Virus record (IMG/VR): IMGVR_UViG_3300031952_000001
Coordinates: 124,001-188,000 of that record
DNA length: 64,000 nucleotides
Direction: 5' to 3' (one strand)
In this document: positions 40,699 through 50,208 of the stretch, piece after piece
Layout of the letters: each line of letters opens with the position of its first letter
How positions within the stretch are numbered: position 1 is the stretch's first letter
Made by a program: the position numbers and the translations under genes
Notes under the pieces: generated by a model
Told to the model about the DNA's origin: nothing
Seen by the model: only the letters and a program-made list of their open reading frames with translations
The model's database searches: none

Positions 40699-41289
40699 AT
40701 GGTCACCTCGGTCCGGTTCCTCCAGAAGTTCTGTTGCTTCGAGCCGGGCGACACCTTCGAGTTCCGTCCTGGGGTGAACCTGCTCGTCGGCGACCAGGGC
40801 TGCGGGAAAAGCTCCTTGATGAACGCGATCCGTCTCTCGGATCGAAAGAACCCTGTCGTCGAGGTCGTGCTGGGGCAGCGGGGTGCGAAGGTGTTCGCCT
40901 TCGACTTCGAGCGGGACAACCCGCGGATGCGCTCCATGTCGTCCGAAGGTGACCTGTCCTACCAGATGAAGGCGGCCTGGGGCTCCCATGGGGAGTCCGT
41001 GAAGAGCATCCTCTCGGGGCTCCTGCCGGCCGTGCAGGGGCAGCTGCGGAAGCACCCTGATCTGACCCCGCTGGTCCTGCTCGACGAGCCCGACATCGGG
41101 CTGAGCATCCGCAGCTGCTACCGGGTGATCGGGGTCCTCCTGAAGCTGGAAGCGTTGGGTGCCCAGATCCTCTGCGCGGTCCACAACCCTACGGTGATCG
41201 AGGCCTTTCCTCAGGTCCTGAGCCTGGAAGATCGGGAGTGGCTGGCATCCGAGGTGTTCATCGAACGTCAACGTCGTCACGAGCTTTAG
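40699..41289 (+). CDS. stand-alone ABC/AAA_21-type ATPase
   Basis: Walker A GDQGCGKS, signature SHGE, Walker B/D-loop VLLDEPDIGL, H-loop AVH. Confidence 0.85.
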   Translation: MVTSVRFLQKFCCFEPGDTFEFRPGVNLLVGDQGCGKSSLMNAIRLSDRKNPVVEVVLGQRGAKVFAFDFERDNPRMRSMSSEGDLSYQMKAAWGSHGESVKSILSGLLPAVQGQLRKHPDLTPLVLLDEPDIGLSIRSCYRVIGVLLKLEALGAQILCAVHNPTVIEAFPQVLSLEDREWLASEVFIERQRRHEL

Positions 41290-41316
41290 AACCTGTTCAG
41301 ACCTCCGTGGTACACT
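41285..41316 (+). promoter_or_regulatory. class 3 (probable late) promoter
   Basis: TTTAGAA...TGG-TACACT, upstream of a virion gene. Confidence 0.55.
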
Positions 41317-41340
41317 GCTCGGTGCCACAAGGAGGCACCG

Positions 41341-43032
41341 ATGACGCCGACCAAGATCCTCATCATCACTGTCGTGGGCAACGCGCATCTCTCCATCGAA
41401 GGGATCCACGTCCGGGTGAAGGTGGATCCTCTCCATCCAGACTCGGTGTTTCTGCACGAAGTTCAGGAGGACTTTGAATTCCTGTACAACCTGGCGAGCT
41501 TCGTGGAGTCCGGCAAGGCCATCGTCACGATGGACGGAGACGTACTGACCGCGGATGTAGTGCGGTCCTTGGCGGAGCGTGACACCTCCGAGATCGTGGG
41601 TGGTGGCGAGTTCACCAAGCTGACCGACGTTCCTCAGTCCTACGCCGGCCAGGCCGGAAAGGTCGTCAAGGTCAACCCGACTGCGACCGGCCTGGAGTTC
41701 GGGGTCGGGGGCGGCGGCGCGGGGGCCTTCACGGACCTCTCGGATGTCCCGGGTACCTACGTGGGTCAGTCCTTGAAGCTGGTTCGAGTCAACGTGGCTG
41801 AAGGCGGGTTGGAGTTCGTGGTGCCCCCCGCCACCCTGCCAGACCTCTCGGTGGTCCTGGGGAAGATCGATGCAGCGCTGGCGGCTCCCGCGACCGTGAT
41901 CGTGTCAGGAGTCGGGGCCGGCGACCTCCAGACGGCCATCGCCGCCGCGGCGGACGGAGACGTGATCGAGGTCCGGACGAACGCGACCTACAGCCCGATC
42001 ACCCTGCCGTCGACCATGGTGCTCACCATCAGGGCCGGCATCGGCTACGGCCCCATGCTGACCGGGCTCAAGTGCATCCAGATCCTGGATGGGGCGCATG
42101 ATCACATCGTCAGCGGGTTCGGCTTTACGGCCTACACGACCGACGACAACAACGCCCAAGGTGCAGGGATCACGTTCCGCGATCAAGGTTCAAAGTGCCA
42201 GGATCTCATCTTCCACAACCTGCACTTCGAGGAGGTCACCGCCGGCTCTGCGGTGCTCATGTCCTTCCATCGGAGCGTCGGCCCAGACGACTACGCCAAC
42301 CCGCCACAGCCCGCGGAGATGTCGGACGGCATCTCGTTCGTCTCCTGCTCGTTCTACAAGGCGTGCAAGGACGGCACCGAGGGCGCGGCACTCCTTTTGC
42401 GAGGGTTCAACAAACCGATCTTCTACGGCTGCTACGTGGATGGTGCGGCTCTGAACTCCCGGGGGTTCATGCTCCAGAACTGCACGAACTTCCGGGTGGA
42501 AGGGAATCGGATCCAGTCGTTCACTGGGAACGGCGAGGGGCTCAAGATCGACTCCATTGGGCTCCCGGTCGCTGTCCGGAACACAGGGTACGTCATCGAC
42601 AACGACGCCTACAAGTGCATCGAGGGGATCGACTGTGACGACGACTGCGACGTGGTCGTGCTCAACAACCGCTGTGTCGAGTGCACCGACGAAGGCATCT
42701 CCATCGACGGGGGTGCCGCGCCGGCCATCGCTCGGGTCTTGGCGGTCGGGAACATCTGCACTCTTGGGACCCGAGGCATCTACGCCGAGGCGGGCTCTAT
42801 CTGCGAGCTGTCGGGGAACTCGTGCTTCGGGAACACGACCGACTACTCCATCCTGAACGGCTACGTGCTCCCAGGCTCGAACCTCACCACGCTCGGACCT
42901 GCCCGCAGGTACGTTCCGGCTCAAGGGGTTCCGTACATTCCCGCGGCCCCCGGCAACTGGGTGGGACCGGTCCCGACGACCGTGGCGGCTGCCCTCGACC
43001 GGATCGCAGCGGCAATCGGTCCCATCCCGTAG
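41341..43032 (+). CDS. virion fibre/spike protein with right-handed parallel beta-helix (pectin-lyase-like) domain
   Basis: Two FTxLxDVPxxYxGQ..K.V.VN...GLEF repeats, then an N/C/G-rich beta-helix ladder (GI.ID, .N.C..). Confidence 0.78.
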   Translation: MTPTKILIITVVGNAHLSIEGIHVRVKVDPLHPDSVFLHEVQEDFEFLYNLASFVESGKAIVTMDGDVLTADVVRSLAERDTSEIVGGGEFTKLTDVPQSYAGQAGKVVKVNPTATGLEFGVGGGGAGAFTDLSDVPGTYVGQSLKLVRVNVAEGGLEFVVPPATLPDLSVVLGKIDAALAAPATVIVSGVGAGDLQTAIAAAADGDVIEVRTNATYSPITLPSTMVLTIRAGIGYGPMLTGLKCIQILDGAHDHIVSGFGFTAYTTDDNNAQGAGITFRDQGSKCQDLIFHNLHFEEVTAGSAVLMSFHRSVGPDDYANPPQPAEMSDGISFVSCSFYKACKDGTEGAALLLRGFNKPIFYGCYVDGAALNSRGFMLQNCTNFRVEGNRIQSFTGNGEGLKIDSIGLPVAVRNTGYVIDNDAYKCIEGIDCDDDCDVVVLNNRCVECTDEGISIDGGAAPAIARVLAVGNICTLGTRGIYAEAGSICELSGNSCFGNTTDYSILNGYVLPGSNLTTLGPARRYVPAQGVPYIPAAPGNWVGPVPTTVAAALDRIAAAIGPIP

Positions 43033-43038
43033 GCCTCT

Positions 43039-43069
43039 TTTAAAAATCCAGAGAGACCTGTAGTATAGT
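43039..43069 (+). promoter_or_regulatory. class 3 promoter
   Basis: TTTAAAAATCC...TAG-TATAGT. Confidence 0.65.
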
Positions 43070-43088
43070 TCGAGCACGGAGGACCTCC

Positions 43089-43964
43089 ATGAAGACGATA
43101 CGAATCGCAGAGTCCGGGGCCGTCGACCGCTTGGTCAAGTTCTTCAACGCGCGCCAGGCGGCGCTTGCGGACAGGCTCCAGCAAGTCCTGGACATGTACA
43201 CGCCGACGAATTCAAGGTCGCCTGCGGGCAACCCCTACGTCGGTGAGGGTCTCGAAGGGCAGAAGTTCACCGTGACCCCAGCCCCCACCCAGGATCCCAG
43301 CCAGGAGCTGGCCTACGTCAAGGACAACACCGGCATGGAGGTCATCGTGGACCCCATGATCGCCATCCAGTACCTCCAGAACGCTCCTCCGGAGGGTGTC
43401 TCCTTGGAGTCCATCTGGAACACCCTCAATCAGGTGAGCGCCGAGAGCCAGACCAGCGCGCTGACGTTCTCCGGACAGGATGAGGCCGCGGAGTCCGCTT
43501 GGGACCAGGCGATCACGGCTGCCCAGAGGAAGAGGGCCGTAAGCGAAGTCGAGGAGGCCATCAAGGAGCAGGTTGAGTTCTACAAGAGCCAGCTCGACGA
43601 GGACACGAAGCGCAAGATTCAGATGCTGAACGAGGACCTGTACAACGGCCCTCTCTACGTGAATCCCGAGGATCCCGACGAGTGGTCCTACGCCAGCGCT
43701 GAGGAGGGCTACGTTGCCTTCGATTTCCAGGCTGCCAGCCGAGAGGTTATGGGCATCCTTCAAGACGTCGTCCAGGGCTTCTACGTCGACGAGTACGGAG
43801 GTACCTACAGCTCCGAAAACGAAGCCTATCAGATGGCGAACTTGGGGTCGGATCGCGATCCTGAAGACGAAGACGACCCCTGGCTGCCCATGCTTTGGGA
43901 GGTAGAATCCGGTCAGATCATCGAGAAGATCCTCGGCAAAGAGCTGTACAACACGATCAGGTAG
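43089..43964 (+). CDS. acidic hypothetical protein (possible head/internal protein)
   Basis: GGAGG RBS; class 3 promoter. Confidence 0.7.
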   Translation: MKTIRIAESGAVDRLVKFFNARQAALADRLQQVLDMYTPTNSRSPAGNPYVGEGLEGQKFTVTPAPTQDPSQELAYVKDNTGMEVIVDPMIAIQYLQNAPPEGVSLESIWNTLNQVSAESQTSALTFSGQDEAAESAWDQAITAAQRKRAVSEVEEAIKEQVEFYKSQLDEDTKRKIQMLNEDLYNGPLYVNPEDPDEWSYASAEEGYVAFDFQAASREVMGILQDVVQGFYVDEYGGTYSSENEAYQMANLGSDRDPEDEDDPWLPMLWEVESGQIIEKILGKELYNTIR

Positions 43965-43973
43965 TCCCACCTC

Positions 43974-44002
43974 TTGACATCTCGCACAGGCTGATCTATA
44001 GT
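43974..44002 (+). promoter_or_regulatory. class 2 promoter
   Basis: TTGACA-17(...GGCTGATC)-TATAGT. Confidence 0.75.
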
Positions 44003-44044
44003 ATCACAGTACGGCAGTGGGGGCGAACGCCCTTCGGAGGTGCT

Positions 44045-44767
44045 ATGAGCCAAGTCGACGAGCTGACCGGCCTCTTCTCTGGGTTCCGAAAGACCATGCC
44101 CACCATCCCGCATCCTGCGAAAGTGCAGTACCGGAACTACTGGGTGCAGGAGGCTGCGCACAGCCTTCCGATACCGGCATCCGTACGCTTCGCGAATGGC
44201 AACCCTGATGGGGTCATGATCTTGGGCGTCCAAGGGTCCTACTTCCCGACCATGATCTTCTCCTGGGGACCCCAGGTGGTGTACACCGAACTCGACGCGA
44301 GCTTCGACGATGTGGCCCTGGCTCATGCCCGTCGGAGGGTGTTCGATGGGCAGGACGAGAAGGACAACTTCTGCCCGATCTGCGAGCAGCGGGTGAAGCT
44401 CTACCGGCGCAAGCTCCACACGGAGATGGCACTGTTCCTGATCAAGCTGGTCAAGGCGTACCAGAAGGAGCCGCGGTGGTACTCCACGCGCGAGCTGCTG
44501 CCGGCGACGTCCAAGGCGGCTACCGACGGTGCCTACTTGACACGGTGGGGCCTGGTGGAGAAGATGCCTTCCATGAACTCCGCGGGCGGCAAGGCCGGCA
44601 TGTACCAGCCGACTCAGAAGGGCATCGACTTTGCCCAAGGGAAGAGCATGGTCGCGTCCCACGTCCACATCATCTGTGGGAAAACTGTGGGGTTCTCGGA
44701 AACCCCTGTTTTCATTGAGAATTGTCTGTGCAAAAAATTCAATTACGCCGAGCTGATGTTCGGCTGA
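44045..44767 (+). CDS. hypothetical protein with CxxC and wHTH-like C-terminal domain
   Basis: CPICEQRVKLYRRKL...LTRWGLVE...GMYQPTQKGIDF. Confidence 0.65.
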   Translation: MSQVDELTGLFSGFRKTMPTIPHPAKVQYRNYWVQEAAHSLPIPASVRFANGNPDGVMILGVQGSYFPTMIFSWGPQVVYTELDASFDDVALAHARRRVFDGQDEKDNFCPICEQRVKLYRRKLHTEMALFLIKLVKAYQKEPRWYSTRELLPATSKAATDGAYLTRWGLVEKMPSMNSAGGKAGMYQPTQKGIDFAQGKSMVASHVHIICGKTVGFSETPVFIENCLCKKFNYAELMFG

Positions 44768-44779
44768 GAGGAGGCCTCG

Positions 44780-45298
44780 ATGGCGCAGAAGACCAAGGTG
44801 AAGATCACAACCATGACCCCGAAGACGAGAAAGAAGCTCGTGGCGAAGGCCAGGCCGTTCTCCGTGGTGAACCCCTTGGAGAAGGCGAAAGTTCTGGAGG
44901 AAGACCCCACCCTCGCGTACTTCATGGGGTCCGCGGAGCGGAAGGAGCATCTGAAGATCATCGAGAGCCTGAAGGCCCAGCTCGAAGAGGCTCGTAAGAG
45001 CTGCACCTCTAAGGAGGATCAGCAGTTCTTCTCGAACTACGCCGGCACGAGCGAGTTCCTGTACAACTCCGAGAGCGTCAGGGCGACCACGAGCTACGAA
45101 GCCCTCCAGAAGATGATCCACCTCTGGGAGGCCGAGGTCGTCCACCGCAAGGTGCTCGCCAAGGCCCTCAACAACTTCAGGATGCTGCACGCCGACAGGC
45201 CGGTCCAGGTCTGCCCGTCTTGCGGGCTGGTCACGTCCTCCAAGATCCAGCAGACCATGCTTTGCCCCGACTGCAAGAGGACCTTTAAGAAAAACTAG
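44780..45298 (+). CDS. hypothetical protein with C-terminal zinc ribbon
   Basis: CPSCG...CPDC. Confidence 0.65.
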   Translation: MAQKTKVKITTMTPKTRKKLVAKARPFSVVNPLEKAKVLEEDPTLAYFMGSAERKEHLKIIESLKAQLEEARKSCTSKEDQQFFSNYAGTSEFLYNSESVRATTSYEALQKMIHLWEAEVVHRKVLAKALNNFRMLHADRPVQVCPSCGLVTSSKIQQTMLCPDCKRTFKKN

Positions 45299-45370
45299 CG
45301 AGATAGGGTAAAATCTCGACAAGAAACCGGCGTGGTACTGTGATATAGTGGCCGGGCTAAGGAGGACCTC

Positions 45371-45850
45371 ATGAAAGGACGCCCCGGATTCTGGATGCCC
45401 CCGGTTGAAAAACCGGAGGACGTGGGCATTTCGAGTGAAGACTCGTTGAACCGCATCGCGAACTCCCTCCCGGAGGCCGCCTTCCAGCTCGCGGCTCAGC
45501 GGGCTGCGCAGATGGGTCTGGAGTACGGGAACAGCGAGGTCTTCGACGGCGACCCGGGCTACCCCGACGAGAGGGGCTATGGTGGGGGCGGAGGCGGTGG
45601 TGGCCGGCAGGTCGAGGCGAACTTCGACGGCATCGCGGACGACGACCTGTACCGGGTCGCTCGCGCGCTGTACAAGTCCGGCCAGCCCGAGCAAAGCGTC
45701 GAGATGGACGACGGCTCCATCGTCGAGCTGCACCCTGATGACCTGGCGATCCTCATCGTCCGCCAGGGACGCTCCATGAACCACGTCGACATCCGCTCGG
45801 CCCGCTCGATCCGGCATCTGGACCAGATGTGGTCGGAAATCGTCGGCTGA
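45371..45850 (+). CDS. hypothetical protein
   Basis: AAGGAGG RBS. Confidence 0.7.
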   Translation: MKGRPGFWMPPVEKPEDVGISSEDSLNRIANSLPEAAFQLAAQRAAQMGLEYGNSEVFDGDPGYPDERGYGGGGGGGGRQVEANFDGIADDDLYRVARALYKSGQPEQSVEMDDGSIVELHPDDLAILIVRQGRSMNHVDIRSARSIRHLDQMWSEIVG

Positions 45851-45856
45851 CCTCGG

Positions 45857-45888
45857 TTTAAAGATTCGACATCCGCGCGTGGTATAGT
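45857..45888 (+). promoter_or_regulatory. class 3 promoter
   Basis: TTTAAAGATTC...TGG-TATAGT. Confidence 0.65.
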
Positions 45889-45912
45889 GTCCCCTGTCCA
45901 AGGAGGACCTCT

Positions 45913-46692
45913 ATGCGTAAATCCGGGCTGACTAGCGGCACTAGGGATCATCTTCGCCGGCTCACGGCCGAGAAGGTGGGCGGGATGAACCTGGACGAGG
46001 TGGTCGCGTCCCTGCCGAAGCCGCAGCCGGTTCGCCAGAAGCCTCGGCAAGCTCAGGTCCAGAAGGCCCCTCCGGTTCCCGCCCGCCAGGCCTGGGAGTA
46101 CAAGGAGCCCGACTCCGACCGGGACATCTTCATGACCGTCCTCAACGAGGAGGCCAAGGATCCCATGGCGGAGCAGAGCAGCAAGCTCCTGGACGACACC
46201 CTCAAGGACATGCGGAAGGGCCCAGGGATCACCCCCGGGCTGTCCCCGAAGCGCCCGAAGGGCATGCCGAAGAGCCCCCTGAAGAAGGACTGGACTCTCC
46301 GGTCCGCTCAGAGGTTTCTTGCCCTCCTGAAGAGGGCCTACGACATCCGGAACTTCTACGTCGAGGACTCCGAGGGCCCCCAGGCCCCGGTGTCGATCTC
46401 GGCGTCCTTGAACATCCCGATGGCCGGGAGCGAGCGGGGTGTCAACGACCTCGAAGAGTACGTCTCCGACGTCATCACCCAGGCCTTGAACCTCGGCGGG
46501 GAGCACCAGCTGATCGTCACCGCGAAGAACGGATCGGTCGCTTCGGTCAGTGGCGCAACCCCGCCGCCGGTCTCGGTGAACCTCGAAGGCTTCGATCCGA
46601 CCAAGGAGGCCGAGCTTCGCACCTTGATCGAGGGCCTGGTCGTGGAGGCCGTGGCGCAGTTCGCGGACAGCAGAGGTAGGACCCGAGCGTAG
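45913..46692 (+). CDS. hypothetical protein
   Basis: AAGGAGG RBS; first gene of the structural operon. Confidence 0.7.
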   Translation: MRKSGLTSGTRDHLRRLTAEKVGGMNLDEVVASLPKPQPVRQKPRQAQVQKAPPVPARQAWEYKEPDSDRDIFMTVLNEEAKDPMAEQSSKLLDDTLKDMRKGPGITPGLSPKRPKGMPKSPLKKDWTLRSAQRFLALLKRAYDIRNFYVEDSEGPQAPVSISASLNIPMAGSERGVNDLEEYVSDVITQALNLGGEHQLIVTAKNGSVASVSGATPPPVSVNLEGFDPTKEAELRTLIEGLVVEAVAQFADSRGRTRA

Positions 46693-46693
46693 A

Positions 46694-48826
46694 ATGCCGC
46701 AGGTCAGGCACACACTCAAGATCTCTAACTTGACCCACCTTACGGGTCAGGGACACCCCTTGTCTCTCGTCGGCGGAGACATCACAGGTGGTGCGCGGAA
46801 GACCGTGAAGCTCACGGTCCCGGTTCAGTCGTACATCGTGCTGGACCTCCACGAAGTCCAATTCGATGCCGACTTTGCGAACACCTTGAGCGAGTGGATC
46901 GATCAAGGCATGGTCGAGGTGCGCCTCGATGGGTTCCTCCAGACCTCGGCCCAGGTGAGCACCTACAAGTACGGAGGGGCCAGTGTCCCGGGGGCGAACT
47001 TCTTCACAGATCTCCAGGACGTCCCTGCCGACTATTCCAGCCATGCAGGGGAGCAGGTCATAGTCAACCCGACCGAAGACGGCTTGGAGTTTGGCCCCGC
47101 GGCAGGTTCCATCAACATCTTGTTCAACGGTGCCCCTCTCGGACCTGGGGTCACGAAGCTGAACTTCGTCAACGGACAGGATCCGGCTGCGTACGACGGT
47201 GTGCTCGCGCAGCTGGACTCCGATCCGACCCAGGTCAACGCCTTCATCCACCCGCCGGCCTTCGTGTCGCACTTCAACACGATGGACGGGACGACGAACG
47301 CCCTGGTGCCGGCGTATGCGACCTTCAACAGGTACCTCTCGAACCCGGGCGCGTTCGACATCACCGGTTGGGTGGCCGGAAACACCTACGCCGGCTTCCA
47401 TCAGACACCTCCGGGCGTCGGCGGCCCGATCCCCTACACCCTGGCGGGGAACTTCTCGATCCTGCTGAACGACGGCAGCTCGACGTTCCGCGTCTTCGTG
47501 ACGAGTGCGAGCGGAGCGATCCTTGCGGACCACGGCCCGGTCGGCATCCCCGCGGTCGGCTACAGCGCGACGGTCAACAACATCACGATCAACATCGGCG
47601 CGCTGGCGGGGGACTCGTACAAGTTCCAGGCGAGCCTGTCCGTGTCGGTCCTCATCGACAACATCATCCCCCTGGGCGGCAAGTACAGCATCACCCTGGT
47701 GCACGACGATGGGGCCGAGGGCATCTTCACCTACAGCAGCGGCAACCTGTTCCACGATCCGAACACGAACCCCGCGGTGATCTCGGGTGGCCCTCCCCCG
47801 ATCACCATCGTCGACAACGTCATCGTCGGGAAGTGGCTGAGCGGCATCCGCTACTACATCCGGAACGACACGTTCACCATCGGCATCACCGGGATCGACA
47901 ACATCAACTGCGAGTCCTACCCGCAGCCGTTCGTGACGCTCAACGCCACGGACTGGGGGATCGGGAGCGGTGGTGGTCTCGGCTGGCTCACGCTGAACAG
48001 CGCGGACCTGATCGGCTGGACAACCGCCTGGAACAACACGGGCGCGTCCCACTCGGCGACCTACACGATCACCCGGGTGAACTACCGCTTCATCAGCCCG
48101 GCGAACGCCTTCGTCTACTCCCGTCCCGAGGACTGGGTTTCTGGCGCGTGGGTGAACGACGGCGGGAACGCGGTCTGCATCGACACGTTCCTGCCCGACA
48201 GTGACGGGCTGAACGAATACTACACGGACGAGGCTCGCCGCCGGACCGCGTTCAACCTGGTCGGTGCGTACAACCCGGGCGTGGCTTGGGTCAGCACCCA
48301 GGACATGCAGGCCTACGACGACAACGCCGGGGCCATGGTGCAGTCAGGACAGCTCCAGAGGCGCGTCACGAACTGGACGGGTCACCGACCGGGCCTGGGG
48401 GCGAACGCGGACTACAGTGGCGCTCAGCCCGCCACGCAGACGTTCTACCGCCGCTACCAGGCCAGCGACGGGACCTACCATGGGAGCTGCCGGTTCACGT
48501 TCAACAACGCAGCCGTCGTGGCGGACTTGCTCGCGAGCCGAACCCGCCTCTGGGTCTTCATCCCGAACGGCGTCTGGCGCATCCGCGGCCGGGCCCACAG
48601 CGGAGTGCTGTGGGCGGCGACCTTCAACCTGGTCGTTCAGAATGGTGGCGTGTACGACAACGTACTCGACGTGCCGATCTACACGGCGAGCGCCGGCAAC
48701 ACCTTGGACGTGTCGTTCGGATCCTTCGGTCTGGGCGGCGCGTACATGCCGATCAACTATTTCGAAATGCACCTGGAGCTGACCGCACTGTCGACGGCCG
48801 TCAGTTCCATTCAGGTCAGCTGGTAG
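46694..48826 (+). CDS. virion structural/fibre protein
   Basis: Beta-rich G/N/T composition; shares an N-terminal LHEVQxD domain and the FTDLxDVP repeat with 41341. Confidence 0.75.
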   Translation: MPQVRHTLKISNLTHLTGQGHPLSLVGGDITGGARKTVKLTVPVQSYIVLDLHEVQFDADFANTLSEWIDQGMVEVRLDGFLQTSAQVSTYKYGGASVPGANFFTDLQDVPADYSSHAGEQVIVNPTEDGLEFGPAAGSINILFNGAPLGPGVTKLNFVNGQDPAAYDGVLAQLDSDPTQVNAFIHPPAFVSHFNTMDGTTNALVPAYATFNRYLSNPGAFDITGWVAGNTYAGFHQTPPGVGGPIPYTLAGNFSILLNDGSSTFRVFVTSASGAILADHGPVGIPAVGYSATVNNITINIGALAGDSYKFQASLSVSVLIDNIIPLGGKYSITLVHDDGAEGIFTYSSGNLFHDPNTNPAVISGGPPPITIVDNVIVGKWLSGIRYYIRNDTFTIGITGIDNINCESYPQPFVTLNATDWGIGSGGGLGWLTLNSADLIGWTTAWNNTGASHSATYTITRVNYRFISPANAFVYSRPEDWVSGAWVNDGGNAVCIDTFLPDSDGLNEYYTDEARRRTAFNLVGAYNPGVAWVSTQDMQAYDDNAGAMVQSGQLQRRVTNWTGHRPGLGANADYSGAQPATQTFYRRYQASDGTYHGSCRFTFNNAAVVADLLASRTRLWVFIPNGVWRIRGRAHSGVLWAATFNLVVQNGGVYDNVLDVPIYTASAGNTLDVSFGSFGLGGAYMPINYFEMHLELTALSTAVSSIQVSW

Positions 48827-48835
48827 GAGGAGAAC

Positions 48836-50137
48836 ATGTCGCTCGAAGGACGGTTGGAAAGCATTGTGCAGGATGGGGACGAGGTCATCTTGACCTATCG
48901 CGAGAGCGATACCACCTCGACGGTCCGCCGGCTTCAGCTGTCGGAGTTCGAGCGGCAGTTCGGCATGCTCTCCCTGTTCAACAAGAACAAGGAGTCCATC
49001 TCCGTCGACCCGGCGAAGGACGATCCGGAGATCGACACGCTCCAGGAGCTGGCGAACTTCCGGCAGGAGGTCCTGGAGGACCTGAAGAAGCGCGGCTCAC
49101 TCTTGCAGGCGAGTTACGACTCCCTGAAGGACTTCATCACGACGACCCTCGTCCAGCGTGAGAAGCTCGCTTCGGGCCTGAACGACAGTACAGGCAAGAG
49201 CCTCGCCTCTGTCGCCATGCTGCTGGAGCAGTCCAAGGAAGCCCAGAACAAGGCCTTGGACACCATCATCGGCCGCGACCAGACGATCCGGGCCATCATG
49301 TCCGACCTGGAGACCCGGAAGGAGTGGACCTGGGACAACGCCCGCCGCGTGCAGCGCGAGGTCGAGCTGAGCAACGCGGCTCTGGCCGAGTTCAAGGCCA
49401 AGACCGAGAAGCAGCTCACCGACATGAACGTTGCGTTGACGGCGAAGATGAACTCCTTCGACGGCATGTTGCAGAGGCTCCAGACCGACAAGGACATCAT
49501 GATCAAGGGTGTCGTCTCGGACGCCGAGCGCCTCATCGCGCAGCACCGGGCCGCCCTGGACGACAAGACCGAGATGCTGCGGATGCAGCAGATCGACATG
49601 TACAAGAATTCGTACCTGGAGAACGAGCTGATCCGCCGCACCGCGGTCGAAGCCGAGAAGGCCGGCATCGCGCAGCGGCAGTTCGACTCCTTCCAGAAGA
49701 AGATCGAGGAGAAGCTCGGGGCCATCAAAGAGACCCTCGCCGTGCAGAAGGCACGCCTGGGTGAGGGCTTCCAGCTGCCGGCCGAGCTGGTCGAGAGTCT
49801 CCTGAAGGAGGACCACTTCTCCGACCTCCAGAAGGCCATCGACCGGGAGTCCGTGGAGGTCGAGGAGCTGAAGGCCAAGCTGAACATCTGCGAGAGCCAG
49901 GCGGTCAAGGTCCGGGAGCTGTTGACCACCCTCATGAAGGCCTTGCAGGACGCTCCTGCGGAGGTCTTCGAGCTGGTGACGCAGCTGGACGAGAAGGCGA
50001 AGTCCTGGACCGAGAAGGTCGGCCTGCTGGAGACCGAACTGAAGAAGCGCGGTGCTCTGAAGGAGCTGACGAAGGTCGAGGTCGTGGAGAAGACCGAGGA
50101 GAAGAAGGGGTTCTTCAAGAGGTTGATCGGGAAGTAG
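48836..50137 (+). CDS. long coiled-coil protein
   Basis: Continuous E/K/L/Q heptads; C-terminal KKGFFKRLIGK amphipathic tail. Confidence 0.8.
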   Translation: MSLEGRLESIVQDGDEVILTYRESDTTSTVRRLQLSEFERQFGMLSLFNKNKESISVDPAKDDPEIDTLQELANFRQEVLEDLKKRGSLLQASYDSLKDFITTTLVQREKLASGLNDSTGKSLASVAMLLEQSKEAQNKALDTIIGRDQTIRAIMSDLETRKEWTWDNARRVQREVELSNAALAEFKAKTEKQLTDMNVALTAKMNSFDGMLQRLQTDKDIMIKGVVSDAERLIAQHRAALDDKTEMLRMQQIDMYKNSYLENELIRRTAVEAEKAGIAQRQFDSFQKKIEEKLGAIKETLAVQKARLGEGFQLPAELVESLLKEDHFSDLQKAIDRESVEVEELKAKLNICESQAVKVRELLTTLMKALQDAPAEVFELVTQLDEKAKSWTEKVGLLETELKKRGALKELTKVEVVEKTEEKKGFFKRLIGK

Positions 50138-50208
50138 GGACGAATAGGTATGCACGAATCTTGCAAATCTATGCAGTCTGAAAACCTCAAGAAAGAGGTT
50201 TCATAGTC

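Noticed and set aside
41285-41301. Possible Myxococcus-type LexA box (GTTCAG core) near the LexA-like gene
   Set aside because: Several mismatches to the recalled consensus, a single instance, and it overlaps a class 3 promoter.
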